A stretch of DNA of 64,000 bases from Candidatus Pacebacteria bacterium GW2011_GWA1_46_10 (GTDB lineage: Bacteria; Patescibacteriota; Microgenomatia; UBA1400; PJMF01), in the NCBI GenBank assembly GCA_001002135.1, contig LCLP01000002.1, positions 2,520 to 66,519 on the forward strand, read 5' to 3'. The notes under the pieces are model-generated. The model ran no database searches and was not told the DNA's origin. It saw only the letters and a list, made by a program, of their open reading frames with translations. Both the position numbers and the translations under genes were made by a program. Shown here in pieces: positions 50,617-61,715 of this stretch (positions within the stretch are counted from its first letter, which is position 1; every line of letters starts with the position of its first letter).

Positions 50617-53178
50617 ATGAATTTGAATCGATTTACCACAAAATCCGCCGAGGCCATCCAAGGCTCACTCCAATTGGCAGGCAAAATGAACCATTCAGCC
50701 TTGCACCCGTTGCATTTATTCCTTGTCCTACTGAGTCAAAAAGATGGCTTGATTCCCTCACTGGTGCAAAAACTTGAACAAGACGTCGACGCTCTCCAAG
50801 CAAAAGCAAAAGCAGCACTCACTCAATTACCAGTCACCAGTAGTTCAACCCAAGCGTATGTCTCACCCGAACTACAGCGGGTGTTCGAAGCGGCCGAAAC
50901 TGAGGCGGGCAAACTGCGCGATGAGTACATTAGCACTGAACATCTCCTTCTCGGGTTGCTCAATGACTCCAACATTAAAAAGCTCGTTGATCTTGATAAG
51001 CAAAAAGTGCTCGAAACTCTCAAAGCACTACGTGGCAGCCAGCGAGTGACTGATCCCGATCCAGAAGGCAAGTACCAAGCCTTGGAAAAATACACCCAAG
51101 ACTTCACTGAGTTAGCGCGGCTAGGCAAAATCGACCCAGTCATCGGGCGGGATGAAGAAATTCGCCGCATTACTCAAATTCTTTCTCGCCGCACCAAAAA
51201 CAATCCTGTGTTGGTGGGGGAACCGGGTACCGGCAAAACCGCCATCGTGGAAGGATTGGCCAAAAAAATCATTGACAACGACATCCCGGACGCGCTGAAA
51301 AACAAACGGGTTCTCAACTTGGATATGGGGGCACTGATTGCCGGGTCTAAATACCGCGGTGAGTTTGAGGATCGGCTGAAAGCGGTCATTAAAGAAGCGG
51401 AAGCTTCCGAAGGACAAGTAATTCTCTTTATTGATGAACTGCACACCATCGTTGGAGCTGGTGCACGGGAAGGCTCCACCGACGCCGGCAACTTACTCAA
51501 GCCTGCGCTCGCCCGCGGTCAGTTGCGCACCATCGGCGCGACGACCTTGAAAGAATACCGCAAATACTTGGAAAAAGACGCCGCACTCGAACGACGTTTC
51601 CAACCGATCATGGTCGAAGAACCTTCGGTGGAAGATGCCATTTCAATTCTACGCGGGATTAAAGAAAAATACGAAACTCACCACGGGGTCAAGATCCGTG
51701 ACAATGCACTGGTAGCCGCCGTGAAGTTATCTGATCGGTATATTGCCGATCGATTCTTACCCGACAAAGCCATTGATCTAATGGATGAGGCTGCTGCCGG
51801 TATCAGGATCGAGATCGACAGCAAACCCACCGTGATTGATCAGCTGGAGCGCAAAATTCGCCAATTGGAAATCGAAAAAACAGCTCTCAAAAAAGAAAAA
51901 GATCAAGCAAGTAAAGACCGCCTCAAGGAAATTGAAAAACAACTGGCCGAGTTCAACGAGCAACACAAACAACTGGAGCTGCACTGGCAAGCTGAGCGGC
52001 AAGCGATCGATAAAATCAAGCAGTCCAGCAAGGAAATCGATGAGTTGAAAGAGCAAGCCGCCCAAGCCGAACGCAACTACGATCTACAAAAAGTGGCCGA
52101 GATTAATTACGGCAAGATCCCGGCCCTGGAAAAACAGATTAATGAGGCCAAAAAAGAGTTGAAAAAAGTCCAGAAAGACCGGCAAATCCTCAAAGAAGAA
52201 GTGACGGAAGAAGACATCGCCGCAGTGGTGTCCCGCTGGACCGGCATTCCGGTGCAAAAAATGCTGGAGGGTGAGAGTGAGAAGCTCACCAAACTAGAAG
52301 AGGAAATCGCCAAACGAGTAATTGGTCAAAAACCAGCCGTCACCGCGGTGGCCAACGCTATCCGCCGCAACCGTGCCGGTATTGGTGAAACCAGTCGGCC
52401 AATCGGCTCGTTTATTTTCCTTGGGCCCACTGGGGTAGGGAAGACTGAACTGGCTAAAACCTTGGCCGAAGTCTTGTTCAACGACGAAAAAATGATGATT
52501 CGCATTGACATGAGTGAGTACATGGAAAAGCATTCCGTCGCTCGACTCATCGGCTCGCCGCCAGGATACGTCGGTTACGAAGAGGGTGGTCAGCTGACCG
52601 AAGCGGTGCGCCGACATCCGTACTCCGTAATTTTGTTTGATGAAATCGAAAAAGCTCACAGTGACATCTTCAATACTTTGCTGCAAATTCTCGATGATGG
52701 TCAACTGACCGATAGCAAGGGAAGAACCGTCAATTTCAAAAACGCTGTTGTTATCATGACCTCTAATCTTGGCAGCGACGTGATCGCCCAGGAACAAGGT
52801 GAGCCTGACAAACAAGCAGAAACTATTCACAAACTGCTCAAAGAACATTTCCGTCCAGAATTCTTAAACCGCATTGATGACATCATCATCTTCCAACCGC
52901 TGACTCAGGCTGAACTTACCCAAATCGTCGCCCTCCAGTTGAAAGATGTGGAACAGCGCTTGGCGCAGAAAGAAATCAGGCTGACCGTGGCACCCAAGTT
53001 GATCGAGCATTTCGCCACCGCTGGGTATGACGAAGTCTTTGGCGCCCGGCCGATGAAGCGACTGATTCAATCTGAACTCTTAGACACCCTGTCCATGGAG
53101 ATTATCCAGGGCAAACTAAAAGAAGGTGCCACTGTCAAAGCTGACTTTGACGGTCGGAAAATTACTCTCAAGTCATAA
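50617..53178 (+). CDS. clpB: chaperone ClpB
   Basis: GEPGTGKT and [11 protein letters not shown] modules, coiled-coil M domain, [11 protein letters not shown]. Confidence 0.97.
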   Translation: MNLNRFTTKSAEAIQGSLQLAGKMNHSALHPLHLFLVLLSQKDGLIPSLVQKLEQDVDALQAKAKAALTQLPVTSSSTQAYVSPELQRVFEAAETEAGKLRDEYISTEHLLLGLLNDSNIKKLVDLDKQKVLETLKALRGSQRVTDPDPEGKYQALEKYTQDFTELARLGKIDPVIGRDEEIRRITQILSRRTKNNPVLVGEPGTGKTAIVEGLAKKIIDNDIPDALKNKRVLNLDMGALIAGSKYRGEFEDRLKAVIKEAEASEGQVILFIDELHTIVGAGAREGSTDAGNLLKPALARGQLRTIGATTLKEYRKYLEKDAALERRFQPIMVEEPSVEDAISILRGIKEKYETHHGVKIRDNALVAAVKLSDRYIADRFLPDKAIDLMDEAAAGIRIEIDSKPTVIDQLERKIRQLEIEKTALKKEKDQASKDRLKEIEKQLAEFNEQHKQLELHWQAERQAIDKIKQSSKEIDELKEQAAQAERNYDLQKVAEINYGKIPALEKQINEAKKELKKVQKDRQILKEEVTEEDIAAVVSRWTGIPVQKMLEGESEKLTKLEEEIAKRVIGQKPAVTAVANAIRRNRAGIGETSRPIGSFIFLGPTGVGKTELAKTLAEVLFNDEKMMIRIDMSEYMEKHSVARLIGSPPGYVGYEEGGQLTEAVRRHPYSVILFDEIEKAHSDIFNTLLQILDDGQLTDSKGRTVNFKNAVVIMTSNLGSDVIAQEQGEPDKQAETIHKLLKEHFRPEFLNRIDDIIIFQPLTQAELTQIVALQLKDVEQRLAQKEIRLTVAPKLIEHFATAGYDEVFGARPMKRLIQSELLDTLSMEIIQGKLKEGATVKADFDGRKITLKS

Positions 53179-53205
53179 AAATAATGGTACAATACTGACT
53201 CTAAT

Positions 53206-53279
53206 GGGTGTGTAGCTCAGGTGGTTAGAGCGCTGTCCTGATAAGACAGAGGTCCCATGTTCGAGTCATGGCATACCCA
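53206..53279 (+). tRNA. tRNA-Ile (GAT)
   Basis: GGGTGTG/CATACCC; CTGTC-CT GAT AA-GACAG; TGTTCGAGTCA. Confidence 0.95.
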
Positions 53280-53305
53280 CTAGTATTAAATTCGACTACG
53301 AACAA

Positions 53306-53360
53306 TTAGAGCGTCCAGCCAAGCGAAAAGATCCCATGTTTGCAGTCTGCGCTACCCACT
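53306..53360 (+). repeat. decayed partial duplicate of tRNA-Ile
   Basis: TTAGAGCG...TCCCATGTT..AGTC...TACCCACT collinear with the upstream tRNA. Confidence 0.6.
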
Positions 53361-53376
53361 TTTTTAACCTTGCTAT

Positions 53377-53403
53377 TTAGCAGACGAAGCGATAGAATGC
53401 CAA
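53377..53403 (+). promoter_or_regulatory. degenerate CIRCE overlapping the lon promoter
   Basis: TTAGCAGAC-N9-GAATGCCAA; TTGCTA-N17-TAGAAT. Confidence 0.6.
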
Positions 53404-53426
53404 TCGAATCATAAGGATCAGCAGTT

Positions 53427-55832
53427 ATGGTCGGCATTTCGAGTAAACCTTCCAAAAAAACCAATGGCGCTCAGCCAGCAGTAATAAAAAGTTCATTGCT
53501 TGGACCATCACGGTACCCGGTGGTACCGCTGCGTGAAGGGGTGCTGTTTCCTCGCACTGAATCGGTCTTAAACTTTGGCCGGGATATCTCGCTTGAGGGA
53601 ATTAAGGCCGCTGCCAAACAAGCCCGTAGTATGATTGTCTTGCTTTCTCAGAAAGTGGCCGAAAAAAACTTGCCCTCACCAACTGACTTGTATCAAGTTG
53701 GTACTCTGGCAGTAGTCGAACGCACTATCAAAACCGATGAAGCCGTCAGTGCCTTGGTGCGCGGGCTGGGCCGAGTGAAAGTCAGCCGTTTCACCAAAGA
53801 TCAGCCATATTTAGAAGCGCAGGTAAGTAGATTAAAAGACGTTGAGATTGATGATGATGAAACCAAAGCGTTGGCCAATCACCTGCAGAAATCATTCCGT
53901 AAAACCGTCCAAATGGGTAAACCAGTGGAGTTTCTCAACTTCATGAAACTGCTGGGCGGCGTTAAACCAGGAGAGTTAGCTGATCAAGTCGCCAGCACCT
54001 TAAACATCACCACTGACATTAAACAAAGTATTTTGGAGACCACGAGCGTTAAAGACCGCTTGAAACTGGTCATCAAACACCTCACCCACGAAGTCAAAGT
54101 ACTGGAAATCGAAAAAGATGTCGTCCATAAAACTCAGGAACAGTTTGATAAACACATGCGGGAAAGCGTCCTGCGAGAACGGATGCGTACTATTCAAAAG
54201 GAACTTGGCGAGCTGGATGATGAAAAAGAGCTGGCCGGCAATTATGCTCAAAAACTCAAAAAACTCAAAGTAAATGCTGATGCTAAAGACAAGATCGGCA
54301 AAGAAATTAAGCGTCTCCAACAAATGTCTCCCAACAATCCTGAGAGTGGGTACGTGCGCTCGTGGTTGGATACTGTTTTCGAATTGCCATGGGGTAAAAG
54401 CACCACTACCAAAATTAATTTAAAAAAGGCCCAGCAAACTCTTGACGAGGCACACTATGGTCTGACCGACGTCAAAGACCGAGTGCTGGAACATATCGCT
54501 GTCTTGGAACTTAAACAACACACCCAAGGTAAAAAAGACAGCCAAATGCCCACCATTTTGTGTTTTGTTGGCCCACCCGGAGTAGGGAAAACAAGCATCG
54601 GCCGTTCCATTGCTGACGCCCTGGGGAAAACCTTTGTTAAAATTTCACTCGGCGGGATTCGTGATGAAGCCGAGATTCGCGGTCACCGGCGCACCTATGT
54701 CGGCTCCATGCCGGGCAAAATCATCAATGGCATTAAACAAGCCAAGAGTATGGACCCCGTTTTTATGCTGGATGAAATCGATAAAGTCGGCAGCGACTTT
54801 CGTGGTGACCCATCATCGGCACTCTTGGAAGTACTCGACCCAGAACAAAACAAAGAGTTTGTTGACCATTATCTTGATTTGCCTTTTGACTTATCAAAAG
54901 TCACTTTTATTACCACCGCCAACACCCTAGACGCCATTCCGCCAGCCCTCAAAGACCGGTTAGAGGTTATTCGTTACGTGGGCTATATCCCAGAAGAAAA
55001 ACTGCAAATTGCCAAGCGTCACTTAGTTAAAAAAGTCCTCACCGCTAATGGTCTGACGGACAAAAACCTCCGCTACACTGACGCTGCTTTGGCAAAAATC
55101 ATCGGCGGCTATACCCGAGAGGCTGGTGTTAGAAACCTTGAGCGTCAACTCCATACTATTGCCAGAAAAATTGCCCGCAAACTGATTACACAAACCAACC
55201 CAAAAACCGAGGCCGTCACTCCCAGTCAATTGACCAATTTACTAGGCCCACGCGAATACGACGAGGGTTTGGCTGAAAAAGAAGACCTGATTGGTGCCGC
55301 CACCGGCCTGGCCTGGACACCAGTTGGCGGTGATATTTTATTCGTCGAAGTGGCACTCACTCCTGGCAAAGGCAAAATCAATTTGACCGGCAAGCTCGGT
55401 GAAGTGATGAAAGAATCAGCCCAAGCTGCTCTGACTTATGTCAAAGCTCACGCCAAAGAATTAGCCGTCAAACAGAAAATGCTCGAGACCACCAACGTTC
55501 ACATCCATGTGCCTGAAGGAGCTGTGCCGAAAGACGGCCCTTCTGCTGGCGTGACAATTGCTACCGCGGTCGTTTCAGCCTTTACTGATCGACCAGTGAA
55601 AAAATCAGTCGCCATGACTGGTGAAATAACCCTACGGGGAAAAGTGCTCCGCATTGGTGGCCTCAAAGAAAAAACCATTGCTGCTCACCGGGCCGGCATC
55701 ACTACTGTCATTATTCCCAAAGACAATCAACGTGATTTAGCAAAACTGCCTGATGGAGTGAAAAAGGCCGTGGCTTTCAAACCAGTTGACTCAATTGGTG
55801 AAGTCTTAAAAATAGCCCTCTTAAAGGCTTAG
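53427..55832 (+). CDS. lon: Lon protease
   Basis: LON N domain, [23 protein letters not shown]. Confidence 0.97.
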   Translation: MVGISSKPSKKTNGAQPAVIKSSLLGPSRYPVVPLREGVLFPRTESVLNFGRDISLEGIKAAAKQARSMIVLLSQKVAEKNLPSPTDLYQVGTLAVVERTIKTDEAVSALVRGLGRVKVSRFTKDQPYLEAQVSRLKDVEIDDDETKALANHLQKSFRKTVQMGKPVEFLNFMKLLGGVKPGELADQVASTLNITTDIKQSILETTSVKDRLKLVIKHLTHEVKVLEIEKDVVHKTQEQFDKHMRESVLRERMRTIQKELGELDDEKELAGNYAQKLKKLKVNADAKDKIGKEIKRLQQMSPNNPESGYVRSWLDTVFELPWGKSTTTKINLKKAQQTLDEAHYGLTDVKDRVLEHIAVLELKQHTQGKKDSQMPTILCFVGPPGVGKTSIGRSIADALGKTFVKISLGGIRDEAEIRGHRRTYVGSMPGKIINGIKQAKSMDPVFMLDEIDKVGSDFRGDPSSALLEVLDPEQNKEFVDHYLDLPFDLSKVTFITTANTLDAIPPALKDRLEVIRYVGYIPEEKLQIAKRHLVKKVLTANGLTDKNLRYTDAALAKIIGGYTREAGVRNLERQLHTIARKIARKLITQTNPKTEAVTPSQLTNLLGPREYDEGLAEKEDLIGAATGLAWTPVGGDILFVEVALTPGKGKINLTGKLGEVMKESAQAALTYVKAHAKELAVKQKMLETTNVHIHVPEGAVPKDGPSAGVTIATAVVSAFTDRPVKKSVAMTGEITLRGKVLRIGGLKEKTIAAHRAGITTVIIPKDNQRDLAKLPDGVKKAVAFKPVDSIGEVLKIALLKA

Positions 55833-55852
55833 TCTGATACACTATCTCCACT

Positions 55853-56746
55853 ATGCGCAAAGGACTGATCGTGCTTGCTATCCTGCTGATCACTGCCATG
55901 GCGATCATGGTCGCTTATGGAGTAAACCCCTTAGAACTAAAGCTTAAGGCTGGTCTGCAAGTCACCACTGACAACGTGCCCGCCTCACTCTTTTTAAACG
56001 ATCAGTACCTTGATAAAACACCCTTTATTGATAAGAAAATTCAACCGAATATCTATAGCTTACGTATCGACCCTGACGATACAAGTTTAGCCGACTACGA
56101 ACTGCCCGTGACTCTGCATAAAGGCACGGTCACCGTCGTCACTTGGAAACCAGGTCCAACCTTGGAAACTTCCGGTGGGGTGGTATACGAAATGGAGCGA
56201 CTGCGCCAAAGAGGGGAAAGTCAAGTTGAGTTTCAAACCATCCCGGATGGCGCTATTCTCACGATCGACAACGGGGCAAAACAATTCAGTCCCGTCTTAC
56301 TCACTGATCTAGCAGAAGGGAACCACCAATTCGAGGTCAGTCTCCCTTCTTATGAAACCCAACAACACACCGTCAACTTGGTGAAAGGACATAAAATCAC
56401 TCTCACCGTTATTCTCGGCAAGATCAGTGACACGGTGGCCCCTGAACCAACCGCTACTGTCAGCGGTACACCGGCTGATGAAACTGCTTTACGTAAAACC
56501 TTCACAACACCACAGGTCCAAATTCTCAGCACTAACTTTTTCAGCAATGATCAGGAGGTACTGCGGGTGAGAGTTACTCCCACCCCACTGGGTGAAGAAA
56601 TCGGTTTTGCGCCAGTGGGCAGTTTTTACCCCTATCTTGGGGAGACTGAGGGTTGGTTAAATATTGAGTTTGCCGGTCAAGCCGGCTGGGTGAGTGCTCA
56701 ATACAGTCAAAAAATCGAAGCTTCTGGTGCACAAACCGCTCAGTAA
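55853..56746 (+). CDS. PEGA-domain surface protein with C-terminal SH3-like domain
   Basis: N-terminal TM, L.V.T..A..F.N...KTP and T.PDGA...ID repeats, GWVSAQY. Confidence 0.8.
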   Translation: MRKGLIVLAILLITAMAIMVAYGVNPLELKLKAGLQVTTDNVPASLFLNDQYLDKTPFIDKKIQPNIYSLRIDPDDTSLADYELPVTLHKGTVTVVTWKPGPTLETSGGVVYEMERLRQRGESQVEFQTIPDGAILTIDNGAKQFSPVLLTDLAEGNHQFEVSLPSYETQQHTVNLVKGHKITLTVILGKISDTVAPEPTATVSGTPADETALRKTFTTPQVQILSTNFFSNDQEVLRVRVTPTPLGEEIGFAPVGSFYPYLGETEGWLNIEFAGQAGWVSAQYSQKIEASGAQTAQ

Positions 56747-56763
56747 TTGTTATAGTATCAGTA

Positions 56764-57555
56764 ATGCCAAATACCTCTCAACCAATCGTCAAAACTCTGC
56801 TCATTATCGGCGCCATCGTCCTCTTTTTCCTCGCCGGTCGATGGTTTAACCCCAACTGGGGCAGGCTAGAGCTTGGCCAACCCGCCACGCTGACCGTGAC
56901 CGGTCAAGCCGATGGCACTCAGACCAACCAAATCGCCACTTTCTACGCCGGAGTAGTCGCGAACAACCCCGATCGAGATGCTGCAGTCAGCACCGTCAAC
57001 GAGCAGATGGCTGAATTAATTCGACAAGTCAAAGAGTTTGGTATCCCTGACGAGGACATCAAAACCGAGAACATCACTGTCTATGAATACACCGAGTCGC
57101 CTCCCTATATTTTAATGGAGGAGAGCGCAGCAGAGCCGGCGATCTTCCCGCCTCCACCAGCCCGAAAAGGTGAAAAGGTCTGGCAAGCGAGCAATAACAT
57201 CACTATTACTTTGCGTGATGTTTCTCGCGCCACCGCATTGGCCACTCTTATTACCAATACCGGCGCCACTACTGTCTCTGGACCAAACTTCACGATCGAT
57301 GACTCAACTGTTCTCGATCGACAACTCTTACAGCAAGCGATGCAAGATGCCCGTGAAAAAGCCGAGTTACTATTGGCGGGCACTGGTCAACGAATCACCA
57401 GAATCATCACCATCTACGAAAACGAAGCCTACACTCCTTATCCGCTGTCTGCCCAGTCAAGAGCAACCGACGCCAGCGAGACTGCTGTGCCAGTCGAGCC
57501 TGGCTCACAAACAATCACTAAATCCATCACCGTCATTTTTGAAATTAGTCGCTGA
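56764..57555 (+). CDS. SIMPL (DUF541) domain protein
   Basis: LTVTGQA, GI.DEDIKT, A.QDAREKA, VEPG.QTI..SITV.FE. Confidence 0.88.
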   Translation: MPNTSQPIVKTLLIIGAIVLFFLAGRWFNPNWGRLELGQPATLTVTGQADGTQTNQIATFYAGVVANNPDRDAAVSTVNEQMAELIRQVKEFGIPDEDIKTENITVYEYTESPPYILMEESAAEPAIFPPPPARKGEKVWQASNNITITLRDVSRATALATLITNTGATTVSGPNFTIDDSTVLDRQLLQQAMQDAREKAELLLAGTGQRITRIITIYENEAYTPYPLSAQSRATDASETAVPVEPGSQTITKSITVIFEISR

Positions 57556-59632
57556 CGAACCGCTCCGGGTTGATAAACCACTCCGGCTCAATAATCAGCA
57601 CATCTCCTTGATTAAAAACCGTCTTACCCAGCTGTTCTAAACCAGTTTGATCCAGCCGATAGGTTACCCGCTCTTTGCTGCCAATAAAAATATAGCTCAC
57701 TTGGTATCGAGCCAATAACTCATGAGCTCTCAAACTTTCCGGTTGCTCGTAAATAATCTTCACTTCCTCCGTCCGCAACCGAGGCACAGCTGGTCCGCCG
57801 CGCCACAGCCATTCGTGCGCCCGCCAACCCATCACGGTTGGCAAACCAGCAAAAACCGAGACTCGAGCAAATTGCGTGTAACTATCACCCACCGCCTCCA
57901 GCACCACTGGCCGACCAGCAGTTTGATGACGTAGCCAGAGGATCGCTTCGTACTCATCAGGTGAGGATGTCTGTAACCAAGCCAAGCCATTAAGCCCTGA
58001 TCGAGTACGAAACTGGTCATAGTAGGCCGGGTAGCCTAAAAACGGATAGGTCAAAACCCCCAGGACAAACAAAGCCGTCAAGCTTAACAAAACCAACCGG
58101 CCAACTGCCGGTAAAAACGCTCGCTGACGGGATAAAACTCCAACCAGCCAGCCAATCACGATATTCATCATGATGATCGCTTGAAAAACAAACTTAAACA
58201 TCGTGTTAGCTCGAGGAAAAGTGGGATAAATGTCCTTAAAATAGATCACCTCCGGTAAAACTAGTAATAAAAAAGCCATCAACCCAAGTCCGTAGAGAAA
58301 CACCAGTGGCCAAACAAGCCGTTTTTTCCTTTTCATCATCAGCCAGCCCACCCCCAACGCAGTGGCAGTGAAAACAACGTGTCCGGTCCACAACACCATC
58401 AGCTGCCATAAGGGCGAGCGTTCAGTAACCAGAAAAACTCCTTTAATAATCGAGGTAAAGTTCAACCACCACGGAGCCAGCACGACCACTGCGACTCCCA
58501 CCACATACATCGCCGCTACCAAGAGAGTCCAGACTTTCTTGGTCGATTGCAGTAAAACCATGACGCCCAAGAGAACCAATAACAAACCATAAATCAGCAT
58601 GTCCCAAGTATTCGTCATCCCTAAAACCCCCAACATTACCCCTAACACCACACTCCAGTGAATCAAATCGAGATCGTGCCAAACTCGGTCGAGGACTAAG
58701 TTTTTCGACTCCATCACTTGTCTCAACCAGTGCCAGATTACAAACAGCGTCAACAACACCAGTGGCACTCCCCAAAAATGAGCATGTAAATCACTGACCA
58801 CAAAACTGTAGGCCGGAATTTCATGAATAGCGTGCTCAATCAATCGAGTGACATCTGGGTACCAATACCCCACAAAAGTTTGATTTTTCAGCCAATACCA
58901 AATAGGGTGTGAGTTGCCACCAAACACAATCAGCGCGGCCGTGGTCAAACCAGCCGTGATCAATGGCCAACCACCCACCGCTCGACGAGGGAAAAAGCTT
59001 CGTAAAATTGTCTGTCCAAGGGCAAAACTTTCTAGTAACACCAACCCCATCACCCAGCCCAGTAAAACGTTGAAGCCAATTTCCACCGGTAAATGCCAAA
59101 AGCGCAGTAACAAGCTACCTAAAAAATGACCAAAACTGTAATAATTAACATTCGCCCCGGCCAACCAAAAATCCTCAGCTGGCAAAGTGGGGGAACGTAG
59201 ATAGCCTTGCATTAAACCGGCGTTCATAAACTTTTCCAAATCTAAAACAGCCGGGTGGAAAGTACGCACTAAAGCCAAAAACAACAAGCCAAATAAAAAG
59301 AGAGCTTCTTGAAACACAATCATCCGAGCATGGGTTCGCAGAAAGCGGCGTACATTTTCGCGGGCGCGAATTGGTAGTACACCATACACTCCAACCAATA
59401 ACACCCCCAACAACGACCAAAATCCGACCGTCGTATTGATCGGGATTCCAAGGTGAGCGATCAACCAAATGATTAACCCCAATCCCAACCACCCGATCAC
59501 CCTGCCCCAAGCCCACCATTCTGGTTGAGTTTTCGCCTGACCTAGAAAAGCCAATAACAACGGCAAACCAAGTAATTGAATCAACAGTGAACCAATTCCC
59601 AACAACAGTAAAAAGAGGGCATCACCAAACAT
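57545..59632 (-). CDS. DUF2298 (GT-C-like) membrane protein
   Basis: EKFMN, D.W.AG..VNYY.FG, E.P.YSF..SDLHAH, NTWD, RANTMFKF, W..HE.LWR. Confidence 0.82.
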   Translation of the reverse strand: MFGDALFLLLLGIGSLLIQLLGLPLLLAFLGQAKTQPEWWAWGRVIGWLGLGLIIWLIAHLGIPINTTVGFWSLLGVLLVGVYGVLPIRARENVRRFLRTHARMIVFQEALFLFGLLFLALVRTFHPAVLDLEKFMNAGLMQGYLRSPTLPAEDFWLAGANVNYYSFGHFLGSLLLRFWHLPVEIGFNVLLGWVMGLVLLESFALGQTILRSFFPRRAVGGWPLITAGLTTAALIVFGGNSHPIWYWLKNQTFVGYWYPDVTRLIEHAIHEIPAYSFVVSDLHAHFWGVPLVLLTLFVIWHWLRQVMESKNLVLDRVWHDLDLIHWSVVLGVMLGVLGMTNTWDMLIYGLLLVLLGVMVLLQSTKKVWTLLVAAMYVVGVAVVVLAPWWLNFTSIIKGVFLVTERSPLWQLMVLWTGHVVFTATALGVGWLMMKRKKRLVWPLVFLYGLGLMAFLLLVLPEVIYFKDIYPTFPRANTMFKFVFQAIIMMNIVIGWLVGVLSRQRAFLPAVGRLVLLSLTALFVLGVLTYPFLGYPAYYDQFRTRSGLNGLAWLQTSSPDEYEAILWLRHQTAGRPVVLEAVGDSYTQFARVSVFAGLPTVMGWRAHEWLWRGGPAVPRLRTEEVKIIYEQPESLRAHELLARYQVSYIFIGSKERVTYRLDQTGLEQLGKTVFNQGDVLIIEPEWFINPERFVSD

Positions 59633-59693
59633 ACTCCAGCATGATAGCAAACTTTACCTGACAAAAGCAGTTGATTCTCTCGTCAATTCTTGC

Positions 59694-60956
59694 TCAACGT
59701 AAGGGCAATAGCCACACAGTTTGAGAGAATGCGCTGGTTACTGGTAAACCAATCCAGCGGGGATAGTACAACCAAAAAACCCACACCAAACTGGTCAAGG
59801 CCACGAAAAATGCCGCTTTAAAATAAGGCTTCCCAGCACGCAGATATATTTCATGCCACCAATACGCCAACAGAATCGCGGCAAACGGGGTGGCAGGGGT
59901 GTAATGATAGTAGAAAAGTAAACGGGGACTAGCCAGCCACGGTAAAAAGACGACGGCGAAAATCATCACTACCACACCGAGGGTTTGCGTCAATTTTTTA
60001 CGCTTTGTCCGCCACAATACACTCAACGCAAACCAGACCGCCCCAAATTCAAACCAGGCTAACAAAGGATTATTAAAAGCATAGATATCACTGTTTTCAA
60101 CGCCATGCCAATACCACACCGATGTAAGATTTAGAGGCCACTGCCATGGCACTGATTGATCGGGGTGATTGACCTGAAGCAATAGTTCGTACCGCACAAT
60201 GTTAGTTTGCAACTCAATAAAGTAGCGAAAGTCCTTGCCTTGTAAAAACATTGGGGTAAAGCTAGCCACATACACTACTCCCGGCACCACGATCAATGAA
60301 AAGATTAGCCAAGGTATTTTCTTGAGCGTTCTTTTCTGCAACATTCCCAGCATTTCCCAAATCAGCAAACCAACCAACCAGAAAACCGCTGACCATTTGG
60401 TAGCTAAACCCAAACCACCCAAAATCCCTACTGGCAGCAACCAGGCTGCTCGAGCCGACCGCCGATACCATAAATAGCTCGCTATCGCAGCTAACAACCA
60501 GACAGTAACAAACACATCATTCATCGCCACCCGAGACTGCACTAACCATAACCCGTCTAAACTCAACAGCAGTGCGGCCAGTAAACTGAGTGATATTTTG
60601 CGAAAAGCCAGCTGAGCCACCACAAACACCAATGCCACTCCTATCACCCCAAATACCGCCGAGGGTAGCCGCCAGGCAAAGGCATTATGACCAAACGATT
60701 GAAAAAACAAGGCTTGAATATATTTTGCCAGCGGCGGGTGCAACCAATCATGATTGTCAAAACCGTAAATTGGTCCATGCCACCACTCAAACGCCCGCGG
60801 GTCATTCTCCGCCATCAACCGCACAGCTGGCACGTGATAGCGTTCATCAAAGACAAACTCTGCTGGCAACTCTAAGCGATACAACCGAGTAATCAAAGCA
60901 AACACTCCAATGCCAAACAAGGCAACAAAAGGAAGGAGTGACTGAATACGTTTCAT
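59694..60956 (-). CDS. PMT-family (GT39-like) protein mannosyltransferase
   Basis: FDE.Y, HPPLAK, WRLPSA, SRVAM.D, KWS, HP.QS..WQWP, F.YHY.P. Confidence 0.88.
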   Translation of the reverse strand: MKRIQSLLPFVALFGIGVFALITRLYRLELPAEFVFDERYHVPAVRLMAENDPRAFEWWHGPIYGFDNHDWLHPPLAKYIQALFFQSFGHNAFAWRLPSAVFGVIGVALVFVVAQLAFRKISLSLLAALLLSLDGLWLVQSRVAMNDVFVTVWLLAAIASYLWYRRSARAAWLLPVGILGGLGLATKWSAVFWLVGLLIWEMLGMLQKRTLKKIPWLIFSLIVVPGVVYVASFTPMFLQGKDFRYFIELQTNIVRYELLLQVNHPDQSVPWQWPLNLTSVWYWHGVENSDIYAFNNPLLAWFEFGAVWFALSVLWRTKRKKLTQTLGVVVMIFAVVFLPWLASPRLLFYYHYTPATPFAAILLAYWWHEIYLRAGKPYFKAAFFVALTSLVWVFWLYYPRWIGLPVTSAFSQTVWLLPLR

Positions 60957-61666
60957 TTCGCCTTGGGAATACCCAGGGCAGTTTTCAAAACTGTTACAAA
61001 TTGTTTCGCGTCAAGCGAAGCAGTGCTGATAATTGCTCCGTCCGTCACCAAGAGGTATTCACTGATATTCAGCTCATCAACACTGCCGCCGTAGAGAAAC
61101 GGAACCGCACCAAACAACCGTTGCACTTTACTCTGAAATTCCTTAACCTCTGAGAGTGGCACATTATGGCCACTGCCAATTGCCTGAGCAGGTTCATAGG
61201 CCACCAACCACTGACCGTTTAAACCTTCATCCAACGCTGCTGCTTGCGCCTCAACTGTTTGTTGATCAACACAAATGATCGGCGTGATACCGACATCCAG
61301 TGCTTGCTCAATTTTTCTAGCCACTGTCTGCACTGTCTCATGAAAGTAACGGCGCCGTTCAGAATGACCCACCAAAGTATACTTCACCCCCAAACCCTGC
61401 AGATTCACCCCAGAAACCGCTCCATTATATGACCCAGCCGGAAAAGGACTGATATCCTGTACTCCCAACTGCCAACCTAATTTTTCGATCGCCGAGCGCA
61501 GTGGGACAATAAAGGGAAAAGGCGGAGTAAGAGCAATGGTGGTGTCTTTTGGTAGGGAGAAGTCTGGTGGGAAAGCACCGAGCAAATCGTGTACCGTTTG
61601 CAACCACGCTTCAGCCTGAGTAAGTGATTTTTGCGATTTCCAATTCGCCACAATTAATTCCGGCAT
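60953..61666 (-). CDS. tpiA: triosephosphate isomerase
   Basis: ANWK, GHSERR, AYEP..AIG.G, LYGGSV. Confidence 0.93.
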   Translation of the reverse strand: MPELIVANWKSQKSLTQAEAWLQTVHDLLGAFPPDFSLPKDTTIALTPPFPFIVPLRSAIEKLGWQLGVQDISPFPAGSYNGAVSGVNLQGLGVKYTLVGHSERRRYFHETVQTVARKIEQALDVGITPIICVDQQTVEAQAAALDEGLNGQWLVAYEPAQAIGSGHNVPLSEVKEFQSKVQRLFGAVPFLYGGSVDELNISEYLLVTDGAIISTASLDAKQFVTVLKTALGIPKAK

Positions 61667-61715
61667 ACCGCTTGATCTTATCATCTTCTTAAGACAGAAG
61701 AAAAGGCGTGATAGG

